Origin: Phoronis australis
Taxonomy: Eukaryota > Animalia > Phoronida
Direction: 5' to 3'
NCBI GenBank assembly: GCA_002633005.1
Contig: NMRA01000047.1
Coordinates: forward strand, 312,913-376,912
Length of the DNA: 64,000 nt
Shown one piece after another: positions 1 through 11,800 of the stretch; the stretch's first letter is position 1, and each line of letters opens with the position of its first letter. The notes under the pieces are model-generated. The model searched no databases. It saw nothing but the letters and a program-made list of their open reading frames with translations, and was not told where the DNA came from. The position numbers were made by a program, and so were the translations under genes.

Positions 1-1248
1 ATTCTTGAGAAGAATACTAAAGAAAAGAACATTACTGGTGGGATACTCTGAATATTTCCAGCCACTAACAGAAGTCTTGTTTACCAATTTCTTGGCGTTG
101 ATAGTACAACTCAAAATGTAATAATACAAGTTTGACAGCATTACAATGATGAACAACACAGCAATTGGGATATGCCAGGATAATAGGAAATTCACATGAA
201 CTGTTGAACTACATAACTCATATGAAACAACTCAAACTGACACCTCATCTCTTTTGTAACAGTGAAAGAAAAATTCCTTAATATGGGCAGGTCTATTCAT
301 TTGTCAAAAACACTGTTTTTCAGAAAACACACTGTTTTCACAACTTTTGTTAACATTAAAAGTTTTGTACACCATTAGCAGAACAATGACTTAGTGAAGC
401 GGTCCGTCAAAGAAACAACTTCAAATTCAGGCCACTTTTTGTAATTACAAAACTAGTCTCAACTAAACCAGATGTCACTTCTGTGCTAGCATCCATTGAG
501 CATAAGTTGGCCCACCATGACAAGCCAACTTGCAGAGTCTGGTCTCAACCAATAACAAACTGTCAATATTCCTTCCAACTAAATTCCAAGACAAGAAATC
601 ACCTGTAATTTGACTAAGGAACAAACGGAGACGAATTTCACAATAGTATGAGGTTTAAGCACATCATAAGTTATAGTTTCTGTCTGAAGCAAGGGAGTCG
701 CTTCCAGACTCCTCAAACTGCAACTCATTATATTCAAACTGTGACCACTTCAATGTGAAATTACCATACAATACAAATATACACTTGTCAATGAAATGGT
801 AAAAGTCACATTTAAAAATGCATAGCCTTTTCAGACATTACCTCACAGGAAAAGAGATTTATAGAAATTAATAAAGTAAAACTAGTAAAAATAAAACCAC
901 GAGCTTTACAGAAATTATTAACCTTTAAACTTCCACTCACTGAAGCAGGCAAGCTCACCACATAATACTCCTTCTGTGAACTCAAAAATCAGTCCACTAA
1001 CATTTATCAGACACGACACTAAAATACGACCAGCTTTCAAACTTTCAATGCATTTCTACTTAGGTTTACTTACGTTATTACTTCAACTTTTTTCACAAAA
1101 AGGCATGCATGCCAATAGGTAAGAACTCACACCTGGTTCAACCAACATTACACAGCCAGGTGGCACATAGGCAGTGACACAAATCAAGGTAAATCAATGA
1201 AAACAACACAGCAGGAATTTGCTGGTAAAATCAGAATGAAACCATTAC

Positions 1249-1370
1249 CGTCAGTGGGTGACGCAGCCATGATATGTTATTCTTGATTCAGTCGCTATGG
1301 ACACAGACGATATTGCATCAAATACAACACTTCTGTATTGACTTGATCCTTAACATCAACATCCAGAAAC
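1249..1370 (-). CDS. Probable start-codon-containing exon of an unidentified minus-strand gene that continues off the left edge (MAASPTD...)
   Basis: Minus strand shows acceptor gtttgcag| before 1370, a Kozak-like atcATGG with ATG at 1270-1268, codons ATG GCT GCG TCA CCC ACT GAC G, then donor |gtaatg. Strong upstream donors on the same strand (gtaagt near 6928, gtgagt near 6980) could end 5'-UTR exons. Too short to identify. Confidence 0.35.
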
Positions 1371-2454
1371 CTGCAAACAATAAAAAGAGATGAGCCATCC
1401 ATTATGAAAAAGGAGAAGAGCTAATACTCCTTTTGCCTACCTATTGAAACTGAAACCAGACTGACCTATGGTGTAAAGTGAATTCATGTACCATTGAGAA
1501 CAATAACAGTAATTCCAGACCTGAGCCAAAGGTGGAAATAATAAGGCAGGTTCCCTTAAGCTTGCTTTAGAACCAGGAAATAAATACTGAGGCACAGCTA
1601 AACTCTATAGGCACTGCATTCAGTTGGCTTTGAAAAATAACTTAGAATTCCTCAGGAAGTCTATAGGTCTATATTTCATAAATAAGTTTGTCATATATCG
1701 TAAACTCGCAGGCTTAAATTGGGAAACCCTCAGACAGTGGGGGTGGGTGATTACCATAGCAGTAGGTGCTTAAACCTAAGAGTGACAAAAAGTCGGGGAT
1801 GGACGATTACCAGGGGATGGGCGTTAACCCACAAGTTTATGAAAGACCTGCAACCGTACCATAACGTCCACCCATGAATTCAAAAACAGGAACAACTCCA
1901 ACAGACGACCTTCAAAATGGTTTTAGAGGTCGGTGCAACGTTAATGGAAGCTACGAATGACAGACTTCTGGACTTCCAGACTCAGAAATTACCATAAATG
2001 TAATAGTTGTGTTGAAGATGAATGCTTGCTTTTGTGTCAGTTATGAAGCCACATACAGCAACAAAATCAAAAGTTAAAGTTACTGACTTCAAACTAGAAT
2101 AGAAAAGTTTGGCATCAGAATGAATCAATAAACTTCACTCGGATTTGTCACATAAAATTACTAAACTTGTCCTGCATAAAAACACGAAATTGGCTTCCAC
2201 AGTACTTTTAACGATCTTTTTCAAAAGACACACTGTATGTTGTGTCAAATGATTTAATGCCGTAGCGAATAATTACTGTCAACATTAGATCTGATACAGA
2301 CATCTAGTGACTTCAAGAAGGAACACTACAAAAAACTTCTTTGATCCATTTCTCAAGTATACAAAAGATTGATTGTTTTAATATTGACTTAGATATTCAC
2401 TGCAGAGTATTACAACATGTACTTTGTACAGACTGTAGACTGAAGAGGCCATAC

Positions 2455-2580
2455 AAAACACTGCTTTAACATCCTGGGGGTGCTCCCACAGAACAGATTG
2501 TAGAAAACGCTGCTTTATCAACCTCGGGGGTGCTCCCACAGATGAGACCATAGAAAGCACTGCTTTAACATCGCAGGGAT
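2455..2580. repeat. Degenerate tandem repeat, about 3 copies of a 50-nt unit
   Basis: Recurring ctgcttta..a..c...ggggtgctcccacaga unit at about 2461, 2509 and 2560. Confidence 0.6.
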
Positions 2581-5500
2581 GCCTCATAGAAGACATGCCA
2601 TTACAAAGAGTGGCTTTAGTACAACCTGTTTCCCAGTGAAAGGGTATCCTTTTCAATGTGATTCCCTTCTACACAATCCATTTTTGACAGCAACAACTGC
2701 CAAAAACTTCGAAGACACCGAATTGAAGTGCTCCTATCATAGTGACGTAACAACCCTTTACTAATAAATCCACCTGTGTGATAGCGAGGTAAACTTGTAC
2801 CTTGTACTTTCAACTGCCATACAAGATAGAATTCAAGCATTCCCACTTACCAATGCCAACTCCTAAACACCAAAACCATGACTCTTGATAAATGATCACA
2901 CTTATGACCTAGTCAAAGCTACACCCATGAAATCTCTCCAGTTTCAATTTACATTTCTCAAGCAATTCCCTTATTGTTGCAGGTGCATAGAAACAGTGCA
3001 TATTGTAAATTGACAGAAATACACTAAACTGTTATCAATTTTGGACAAATTTATAATTTTCACAATTGGTTTTTCTTAATTTTAAAAGGCTTCTAAGTTC
3101 TAACAAAGCAGCTATGAATGCCCAAAATTTCTCAGAACTAATTTTTTTATGGTAGCTATGGTATAGATATTTAAAACTTTTTCGACATTTGTTTTGTACT
3201 ACTTATTTTTTTGAAAAAGTAAAGATATAAAATTTCACTTGTCAGCCATATTACATCCTAAATTGGTGAGAATTTTACCGCAGCCGTTTCTCTACCTTGT
3301 CGATAAACACAGGAGCATCCCCACACACAAATACAACCACTGCAATCTCACACTCAAAGACACGATTTACTGCCAAATACGACACAACGCTGCTGACAAT
3401 GCAGAATGGCATAAAACTGTTACTGGTTTGTTGGTCGAGGGATTTATGAGGCATGAAAAACTATTATTAGTTTCCATGTATAGATGTTAGAAACATGCAA
3501 TTCTAATAAACATGGGACTCAAGAGAAAACTATTCAATATGCTGAACATAGGTCATTAGTCTCAGCCATCATCCAGGGGAACCTGAGATCTGGTAAAACT
3601 ACAATGACTTGTCTTATGTAAATATTGAGTAAAGGCATCCAGTTAGCCCAATATGAGCCAATATACAAGCAGCCAAATCAATAGCATGACATCCAGAATG
3701 CAGCACTGGGTATATTGAGAGCTAGTGGTTTGTGTGGTAAACAATATCCAGGGTTAAAATGTTGGTACTGACTTGGGCTTTTAAGAAAGATATGCCACAA
3801 CAAAAAGCTGTTGAAACAATTTCTTTCGAAAAACTGATTGGTGACCCCCTCTTTGCTCCAGGTGTAAAATGACTGTCATACAGTCAAAACAAACAAGGAT
3901 CTTCAATCTCTAGATCCTATCTAACAAATTGGCAATATGGTGACCTAATTGTATAGCCACTAAATTGAAGAAATGGTAATTAATGACTAATGAGACATTC
4001 AGAATACTTACTTAATGGTAAAATCACCCCAGCTTTGATTAAACATTATTGTCAAAAATGGCACTTTTTCATTTTACAAGATTTCTAGCGTTGTTGTTCA
4101 AAATATGTTCTGTTGATAGCTATGGCACAGAACTAAGATATGACAAAGCATCATTCTGGTAATGTATATCATTTATGAAAATTGAGAAAATAAAATTCCA
4201 TCTGTCTGCAATTGGTGCGGTATACGCACTGTTCGTGTGTATATATTTAGGCCATGTGCCTAGTGTCCAGAATAATGCATTTGTTCAAAAATTGATTTTG
4301 AGTGTCTTTTGACCATTCTTAGAATGGTGCTATATTCCATAATACAAACACAACATCTTGCGCTATTCTGTAACGAATTGGTCAAAAAACTTCTTTTTTA
4401 GCTTAATGTACATATTTCACACATAGCTGCAATAATTGTGTCTTATTCATAATGTTGGTACGTCATCACACAACCGTATACAGATGTAAATACCTGCATA
4501 TAGGCCTGCACATGGTGCGAATGCCTTCAGACAGTACTGCATGCCTTCAGATCTTGTATTCATTATCCATTTATATGTATCTATTTAAAACATACATTTG
4601 TCATGTTTCCAGTTTCTCAATTAGCAAATGCATGATCTAGGCAAAAATCAATAAAAGTTCTACGAAACACTCAATAAGGTAATCAGGTACATGCTGAACC
4701 AAACGAAGATGTTATTGATGAGTTTAAAGGAGTAGGATCAAGGTAAACCATCCTCAAATTATGATTTAGGAAGTTGCATGCATCACGGTAGACAAATCTC
4801 CTCACAACAACGCAATAGCTCAACAGCCATGAATTCAACCTAACAGATTCCCGCCATATGACATCATAAACAGACAAGAATTTAGATTAAAGAACAGACG
4901 TGTATGTTGCAGCAGTTACAGGGCTGACAACTCCGCATAAGCCACACTTCATGTTGAAAATGTATGACTTGGAATTGAAAACATGTACGACTTCTAATAT
5001 TTTAGAAAATTTAAATTTCAATCAAAAGATGGTGCCATAAATCCATAAACAATAATGCTAAGTTTCATATTGCGACGTAAAAACTCGGCTCATCACATGG
5101 ACACTTTTTAGCCTTACTGTTGCCATGGTTGATTTCTCCCCATCAGACTACGGCCCAGCAAAACTCAATATCTCGCTGTAATTTCATGATCCACGCCAAT
5201 AGTGTAGGTGCCACCGTGATGAAACGTGACGAATTTGTTTTTCTCTTTTCTAAAACTAATCCAATTCCTTGGAACATTCTGCTTTGATAGACATTTTGAC
5301 ATAGCTTTCATTTGCATTAACGATATCCCCCAATGCAAAGTCATGTAAGGGCATTTTTCATAGTAGACTTTGACAATTTAACTGGAATTGACCAATCATG
5401 TAACGGAAAGTTGAATCTTGAGCTCCTGCTTATTTGCGTCATTTTCCCGTATTCTCTGCCTTTCGTCACTGACATGTACCCAGCCAAGCAATTTTACAAT

Positions 5501-5908
5501 AAACTTTTTAGGACTCTTGACAAATACAGATGACCCGCTGGTATTTCAAAACAGACAGCTGAATTCATGAGATTAAATTAAATGGACCACCTCCTTCTGG
5601 AATTACATTTTTTAAAATGAGGCAATTGGTTTTTGCTTCAATTAATAACTCAGCCTAATGACTTGGAGTCTGACTGTTAATTTAGACCGTACTCACAGAA
5701 ATAATCAATATCATACATATTAGCTAATGTCAGGTCAGGAACACTAAACTAGCTATTATATCACCTGGTTATTCATGTAAAATTACAATACTTGGCCTGA
5801 CTTGCTTGGTGAAGATCTAGAATCAGTATTTCTGACAAGGTATGGATATCAGATGTATTGAACAATGAGAATATAGAAAAATCTGTCATGGTTTCTGCTT
5901 CTTTAAAA

Positions 5909-6033
5909 GGGCACTGGCCAGATATAGCGGTCCCTGGTTAAAAGAGAACCAGACAATCACTGTATAACAGGCTAATTACAAAGTGGATGAAACTGGTTCT
6001 CTTAATAAGGGACCGCTATATCCGACCAGTGTC
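5909..6033. mobile_element. Short palindromic MITE (gagaaccag/ctggttctc family)
   Basis: Inverted arms cactggccagatatagcggtccctggttaaaagagaaccag and ctggttctcttaataagggaccgctatatccgaccagtg. Relatives with the same internal inverted core occur at about 6081-6168, 20050-20110 and 30832-30955; the last is bounded by ttaa at both ends, which is Kolobok-like. Confidence 0.6.
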
Positions 6034-7450
6034 CTTCATAAGGTCAAAGAGGTATTAGTAAAGGATCGCAGTGAGAAGACGTAATGGTCGGATAAAACGT
6101 CCCCGGATTTTGAGAACCAGTTTTCTCTTCTAAGTAATGGGTATCAAACTGGTTCTCAAAATACAGGCAAGTTATATGGGACTATTGCCGAGGAGAGACC
6201 CACTTTGTGCATGACAACAACCGCCATGACACAAGGCTTATGTGCAAAAATAATACAGTACCTCTTTTGAAAATTGTGTTTGTGCCCACACCATGTGACC
6301 TTTACCAACCAGCGGTGTTCGTAAAAGAAAAATAAAATAACACATACCGAGTTCGTTGATGCATTACCTTGGACACAAAACACAGTTTTGATAAATAGTA
6401 AAAAAATAAAAGCAAGGGAATTAAGTTTCATTCCTCAGGGTTTTTTTCTTGTATTTTCCATTGATGATTCAGTATCATTATATCTGCCTCATTTATTCAA
6501 TATACCCAGCATGCCATGCAGCGGCAGTGTAATTTTACTGAACTCTTTAGTCTTTTTCTAGACCCCAAGAAATTGAAATGGATCCCAACATTTTTAGAAG
6601 GTGTGTCCACTGCCATAGGCTAGCCATGGCAATGATAGGCCAAGTGCCCCGTGTTTGTACGTGGAATGGCATATATATATCTATATATAAAATCAGTTGT
6701 AGTGCTTACTCCATTATTTTTAACACTTAGGTGTGAGGCATAGACGCAACAATCCCAGTCAGAAATGACAAGAGTCAGGTCAGACAGATGAAGATTGAGT
6801 CACTTGTCTTAATTCACACTTGTCACAATTCCATATTGTTCTTCATCACTTTTCTTATATTCCCGTTGAGATTATTTTGATTTCTTAATCTTGGTTTTTC
6901 CATGGAAACAACACATAGTATCACTTACCCAGAAACAGAGACTATAACCCCACAAATGTCACCTGGGCACAAACACTCACTTCCTCAACTTTACATAAAT
7001 AAAAGAAACAAAAGCGTAATGGAATTCTTCTTTTAAGATAATAACTTAAGTATTCTTTGGAGCTTTATTGGTACACAATAAGTCATATTATTTAAATTAT
7101 ATAAATATATGCGGTTTAAATTTGATTTATTTTTTGGAAATAAGGGCTTTTTATGGAAAAGTAAAAAGTGTTTAAAGTATGTTTATGAAGGTTGTAACCC
7201 AGAATGCAACAGCAAGTGCGAGATTTGAATTGTATTCGCAGTCACATTCCGAAACGTCTGTCGTCGACCAGAAAGGGTCCTAGGCATGGTTTGTTCACTT
7301 TATGTTCTGAACTATTATTATTGCTGCTAATTTTTGTATTTAATGCCTTCGTGAAATTACGAGGAAAACCAAAAATCTCAGGAAACAGGATAGCCTTGGT
7401 ACAAAGGTCAAAGCTGCCTGTATACAGCTTTGCACCGATGTGGGTAAAAA

Positions 7451-7714
7451 CACAGGCGTCCTCAGCTTCTGATCGTCCCCAATACACTACATATAATACT
7501 ACAAGGTATGACACTTCCGACCAGAAATTCCACGGGTGCTTCACTTCAGCCGTCCATAGCAAACATAAAACTCAATAAATTTACACAAAACAGAGGTTCA
7601 ACAAACCATGAAGAATTGTTCTTTCTCCCATGAATACCATTCACGGTGTCCTGTTCCGGCGACTTCGTAAGAAATTCGCAGTCAAAGAACAAAAATGTTC
7701 ACAAAAAAAACCCC
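7451..7714 (+). mobile_element. Solitary arm of the foldback element found intact at 26354-27021
   Basis: Starts cacaggcgtcctcagcttctgatcgtccccaatacactacatataatactacaagg and follows 26354-26610 with only a few substitutions. No partner arm is visible. Confidence 0.85.
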
Positions 7715-7883
7715 AGCAGTATAAATAAAAGAAACATTCGAGCAACCATAAAACTGACAAATCACAAGGCACAACAGAAAGATCAAGGACAAATGATGTG
7801 GACGATTACAACAACACTTTTTATTTTTTAGCCGGTGCCCACCTTATTGATTGTGTTGCCACCACATTTGGTTTATCCTGTCC

Positions 7884-8570
7884 GTAGACAGTGACCACCG
7901 TCTCTTGCTAGCTCAGTAGAGATGGTGTAGCTCCTATAGGAGCTTTATCAATGCCGGAAGCTTTTCGGCAAATTATGCCTCACAGAGTCACACTGACTAA
8001 AACATCAAAGTCACGTTGTTATAAATACCTTTGCGCATAGAGGGACACCTTAGGAGGCCGTAGGTGGCTTTAATTCCTTCCAACTCAAACCAATAGTGCC
8101 GTTACCAAACTTTCTTCCAGCAGTCCCTCGTTCAGTTCCCAAAATCGGTTATTGGCCATTTTTAAACTGCGCACGCTAGGGGATATGATGTTATACCACC
8201 TGCTGCGTGCAGTGTTAAAATGGCCAATTTCCGATTATGGGAACTGAACAAAGGACTGGCCTCAGTAGACAGTGACCATCGTCTCTAGCTGGCTCACAAA
8301 AGACGATGTAACTCCTGTTGGAGTTTAATATGCCAGAAGCTTTTCGGCGAATTATGCCTCACACTGATTAAATAATCAAAGTCACGTTGTTATAAGTACC
8401 TTTTGCACATAGAGGTACACCTTAGGAGGTCGTTGATGTCTTTCATTCTTTACAATTCGAACAATTCACCTGTTATCAAACTTTTTCTTCGAGCAGTCCT
8501 TCGCTCAGTTCACAAAATCGGAAACTGGCCATTTTTAAAACTCAGTGCGGCAGGTGGTATGACATATCCT
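7884..8570. repeat. Diverged ~300-bp direct duplication with an inverted segment at the junction
   Basis: gtagacagtgacca... begins both 7884 and 8265 and the copies align for about 300 bp. 8183-8260 is the reverse complement of the copy tails (8121-8180 and 8494-8570). Confidence 0.75.
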
Positions 8571-8879
8571 GACGGGGCAGTTGAATTAGTCTTTAATATT
8601 ACTCCCATGAAATCGGTATCATTACATGCTTTACAATGTTGTAATTTTATTTCCGGTTCAACAAGAACATCAAATCCATCAGCGACCCAAAAAGACAATT
8701 CAGAATTTGTTGGAATTGACCAAACCTAAATTATTGTACTTAAATTGACATTTTATTCCTGCTAGAAGTCTGAAGCCACATTATTGAACATGAGATCATG
8801 AATGTTCGGTGATTTTAGCTTTAAATACCATGACACTTAGTTAGGCCATAAGTTAAAGTTGTTCATTTTACTTTCAGTC

Positions 8880-11800
8880 ATGGCTGCAGTTGGGGATCCA
8901 GATTTAGATGACCTATTTAAAGACGTTGGAAACAAACTGGGCTGGTTTGAACACAACGATCTCGCAGACGCTATCAATAAGGTAATAGCATGCATGTGTT
9001 TCTCAAAAAATGAGCAAACTGAGTGTACTATAATTTTCATTCATTAAAAATGTATTTGTATGCTCCTAACAATTCCAATGTATAGCAGGAACTTAAAACG
9101 GCAGTGTTATTTGAACATCATCTACCCTAAGCAAGGTGCAGTTGTATTCATCTTCAAATAGGTGACCTTTGTACTAATGACGTACTAGCACCTTGGGGGC
9201 TCACATAGCCCACATCATACAGTTTCATTACCCAGCACCACGTCAAGATACTTACTGAACATTGTTGAGGGATTTATGGCGGATCATTTTCGACACAAAA
9301 CTTGTTCTTACTTCATATTCACCTCGGCACTATATGTTCTGTTTCTAACTAATTTGACCAAGCAGTCACAGAGATAAGAAATTAGCGTGCAAGTTCCACT
9401 TTAAGATTTTGATGTGTTACTAAAGAATAAAGATTCATCAAGAGACAATTACATGTTATTTGTCCATAACTGAAATGAAAATGATTTGCTGTTCTTATTG
9501 AGAAAAAGCTTGCCTGGCATTAAGTGACTTTTTCTTTTTGAAATTAGGTAAAATGAAAAGTATATTTCCTTTTTTGCAGCTCTTGATCTAAACTAGATAT
9601 TGTTGGTGTGGGACTTTTTGATTGGCAGATTATGAAACAGGCACAAGCAGTTAGACTATGCCATACCACCATTTTATTAAGAGTTTAATAGTGCAATTCT
9701 ATTGTGTTTAGTTACCTTTGTGATGCTGAAAAGAGCACAACGATCTTCTTGTTACAGTGTTTAATAAAAGGGGATTCTATGTGCTGGGGAAGTGCGCTGA
9801 GAATGCTTTCTAGGTATTCAGGCGGTGCTCTAAAACCAGTATTGTCACACTAAATTTATTTACCTAAACATCATTCAAGAATGAATGGTCTCACCGGATA
9901 CAGCCCAAGAGTTATTATCTCTGCAGCGAAAGATTTTGAAGTTGTGTCTCCGATGAGTTGCCAGCAGTCACTGGTACGGTGCGCGGCTTTAGATGCTCTG
10001 CGGCTGGGTTTAAGATCTTTTATAGGCCTAACTATCCCCAATTCCCATACCAGGATGAATTTCAAAAATATCTTGACTTGTTTGTATCAGATGTGATGTG
10101 CGACGTCTTTGTTGAAAGTGCGCCATATTTTTTAATATCGGGGATGACGAAGTAGCTAATCGTATAGGGTTCTCTGTTGAGTCGTGTGTATAAATAGTTT
10201 CACCTCTTCTTTGCATTTTGATCACTGGCTTAGAAAGGTTGCAGAGTTGCCATTCCGTAAATACTTAATTGCATCATATTTTTATTTGGTGGAATAGTTA
10301 TGATCGTGTTGAGTAGCAGTATTGTAGCAAATAGATCTTAGTAACCGATATCAAAGCTGTCTGCTATCAATTTCAGTTGTCTATACTGTCGGAATCGAAG
10401 ACATCCAGGACTAAGAAATCATTAAACAGAAAGGAAAACATCTATGGTAAGTACATGAGGGTGTTTTGTAGCGTGAGGAAAGTAGATGTTGGATCCTGAC
10501 ATATTTGGGTTGTTTATTACATAAAGATAAGTATAATATTGCGGAGTGACGTTCTGGTAAATATATTTATTACAAGGGGAATGGTATTCCTTCTTTATAA
10601 TTCACTTTTCCATTCCTGAGTATGAGATTTGATGTTTTTTGACTGCAAACATGGTCTATTGTAGGCACAAGTAAAAAGAAGTCTAAATCAATTCGTAAGT
10701 TACCAAATGGTCAAGTAAAAAGCAAGGTGAGTGACTGAAATAAAGACAAGTGTTAATTAAGATCAGTGTAGAAGGGCTAATTAATAAGTACGCTATCGGT
10801 TCACCAAAAAGTACCCTTAGTGGTTAACAGTTTCAAATTGGTATATTGGTGTAAAATGTAATGACATGCAATGTCTTTTCCCAATAACAACGGCTTGGGC
10901 GATAGTACTTTTGCCCTCGCTTTTAAAACACTGTATTTTGAAGCCCTCGTCATTATTATTGCTGATACATCAGATTCGTGCGTCAGTTTTTTTATGTCTC
11001 TAGTCTCTAGAAGCTTACATGTGACCTTTGTCTGATGTGCATGCAATGTAATTCATTTTCTGACTCTAATGTATTTTTCATTGTATTTCTATGTGGCATA
11101 TTATAATAATAGCTTCTATTTATGTTCCTGTTTGGTTTCAGTTAGAAACTCCCTCCAGTCAAACTGTGCAGACAAGTTCAAAGGAAGCCAATGTGTGCCC
11201 AACTGCTCAGAATCCCATTCCGTCCATTACTAGCACACCTATCGTTACCAAAGATCTACCTCCATTAGAAGACAACTTCATTAAGACCAGGGTCTCTCTT
11301 ACTGATCTCTCATCACTCTCAGGTAGCAGTGAACCTCAAGGACAATCGTTCGAATATGGGTACTCGCTAACTAAACCGTCTTCTAGGAACGACATTGTTC
11401 TTGCAACTCAGGTGTCACATAACGTGTCTCTGTCATGTCAGTCAGCGCAAAGTCAAGTTTCGTTTGACAACAGTTTTGGGAAATCCAATGAGAATCTTCT
11501 TTCTCCCACTCAAGACATCTTAAGGTTGTCAAACGTGGAAAATGCTTCTCTACATTCATCCCAACCAGATGACATTCGCAGTGGCTCTGATGTCTCCTCG
11601 CATTCCCAGAAGTCCATACAATTGCAAATGTCCCTCAATTCCTGTAAAGAAGAAACAGAGATGTCTAGTAACCATGAGTATGTGAATTCACTATCTAAAG
11701 TATCTGTCTCTGTTGTTCCTGATTCTGCATCACCTACGGACGATGTCACTCGGAACAGTGTGCAGCTTCAGGTTTCCCTCCATGAGATAGGGGATGAGAA

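Noticed and set aside
2980-4450. Possible long DNA-transposon remnant
   Set aside because: It has repeat-like texture, but I could not define TIRs, a TSD or coding remnants by eye.
7204-7578. ORFs 7204-7578, 7242-7562 and their look-alikes at 26277-26776 as a duplicated gene
   Set aside because: The similarity comes from the non-coding foldback transposon arm.
11091-11141. N-terminus MWHIIIIASIYVPVWFQ of the 498-aa ORF as a signal peptide
   Set aside because: It is intronic sequence ending in the acceptor tttcag at 11141; the ORF is exon 4 of GCNA.
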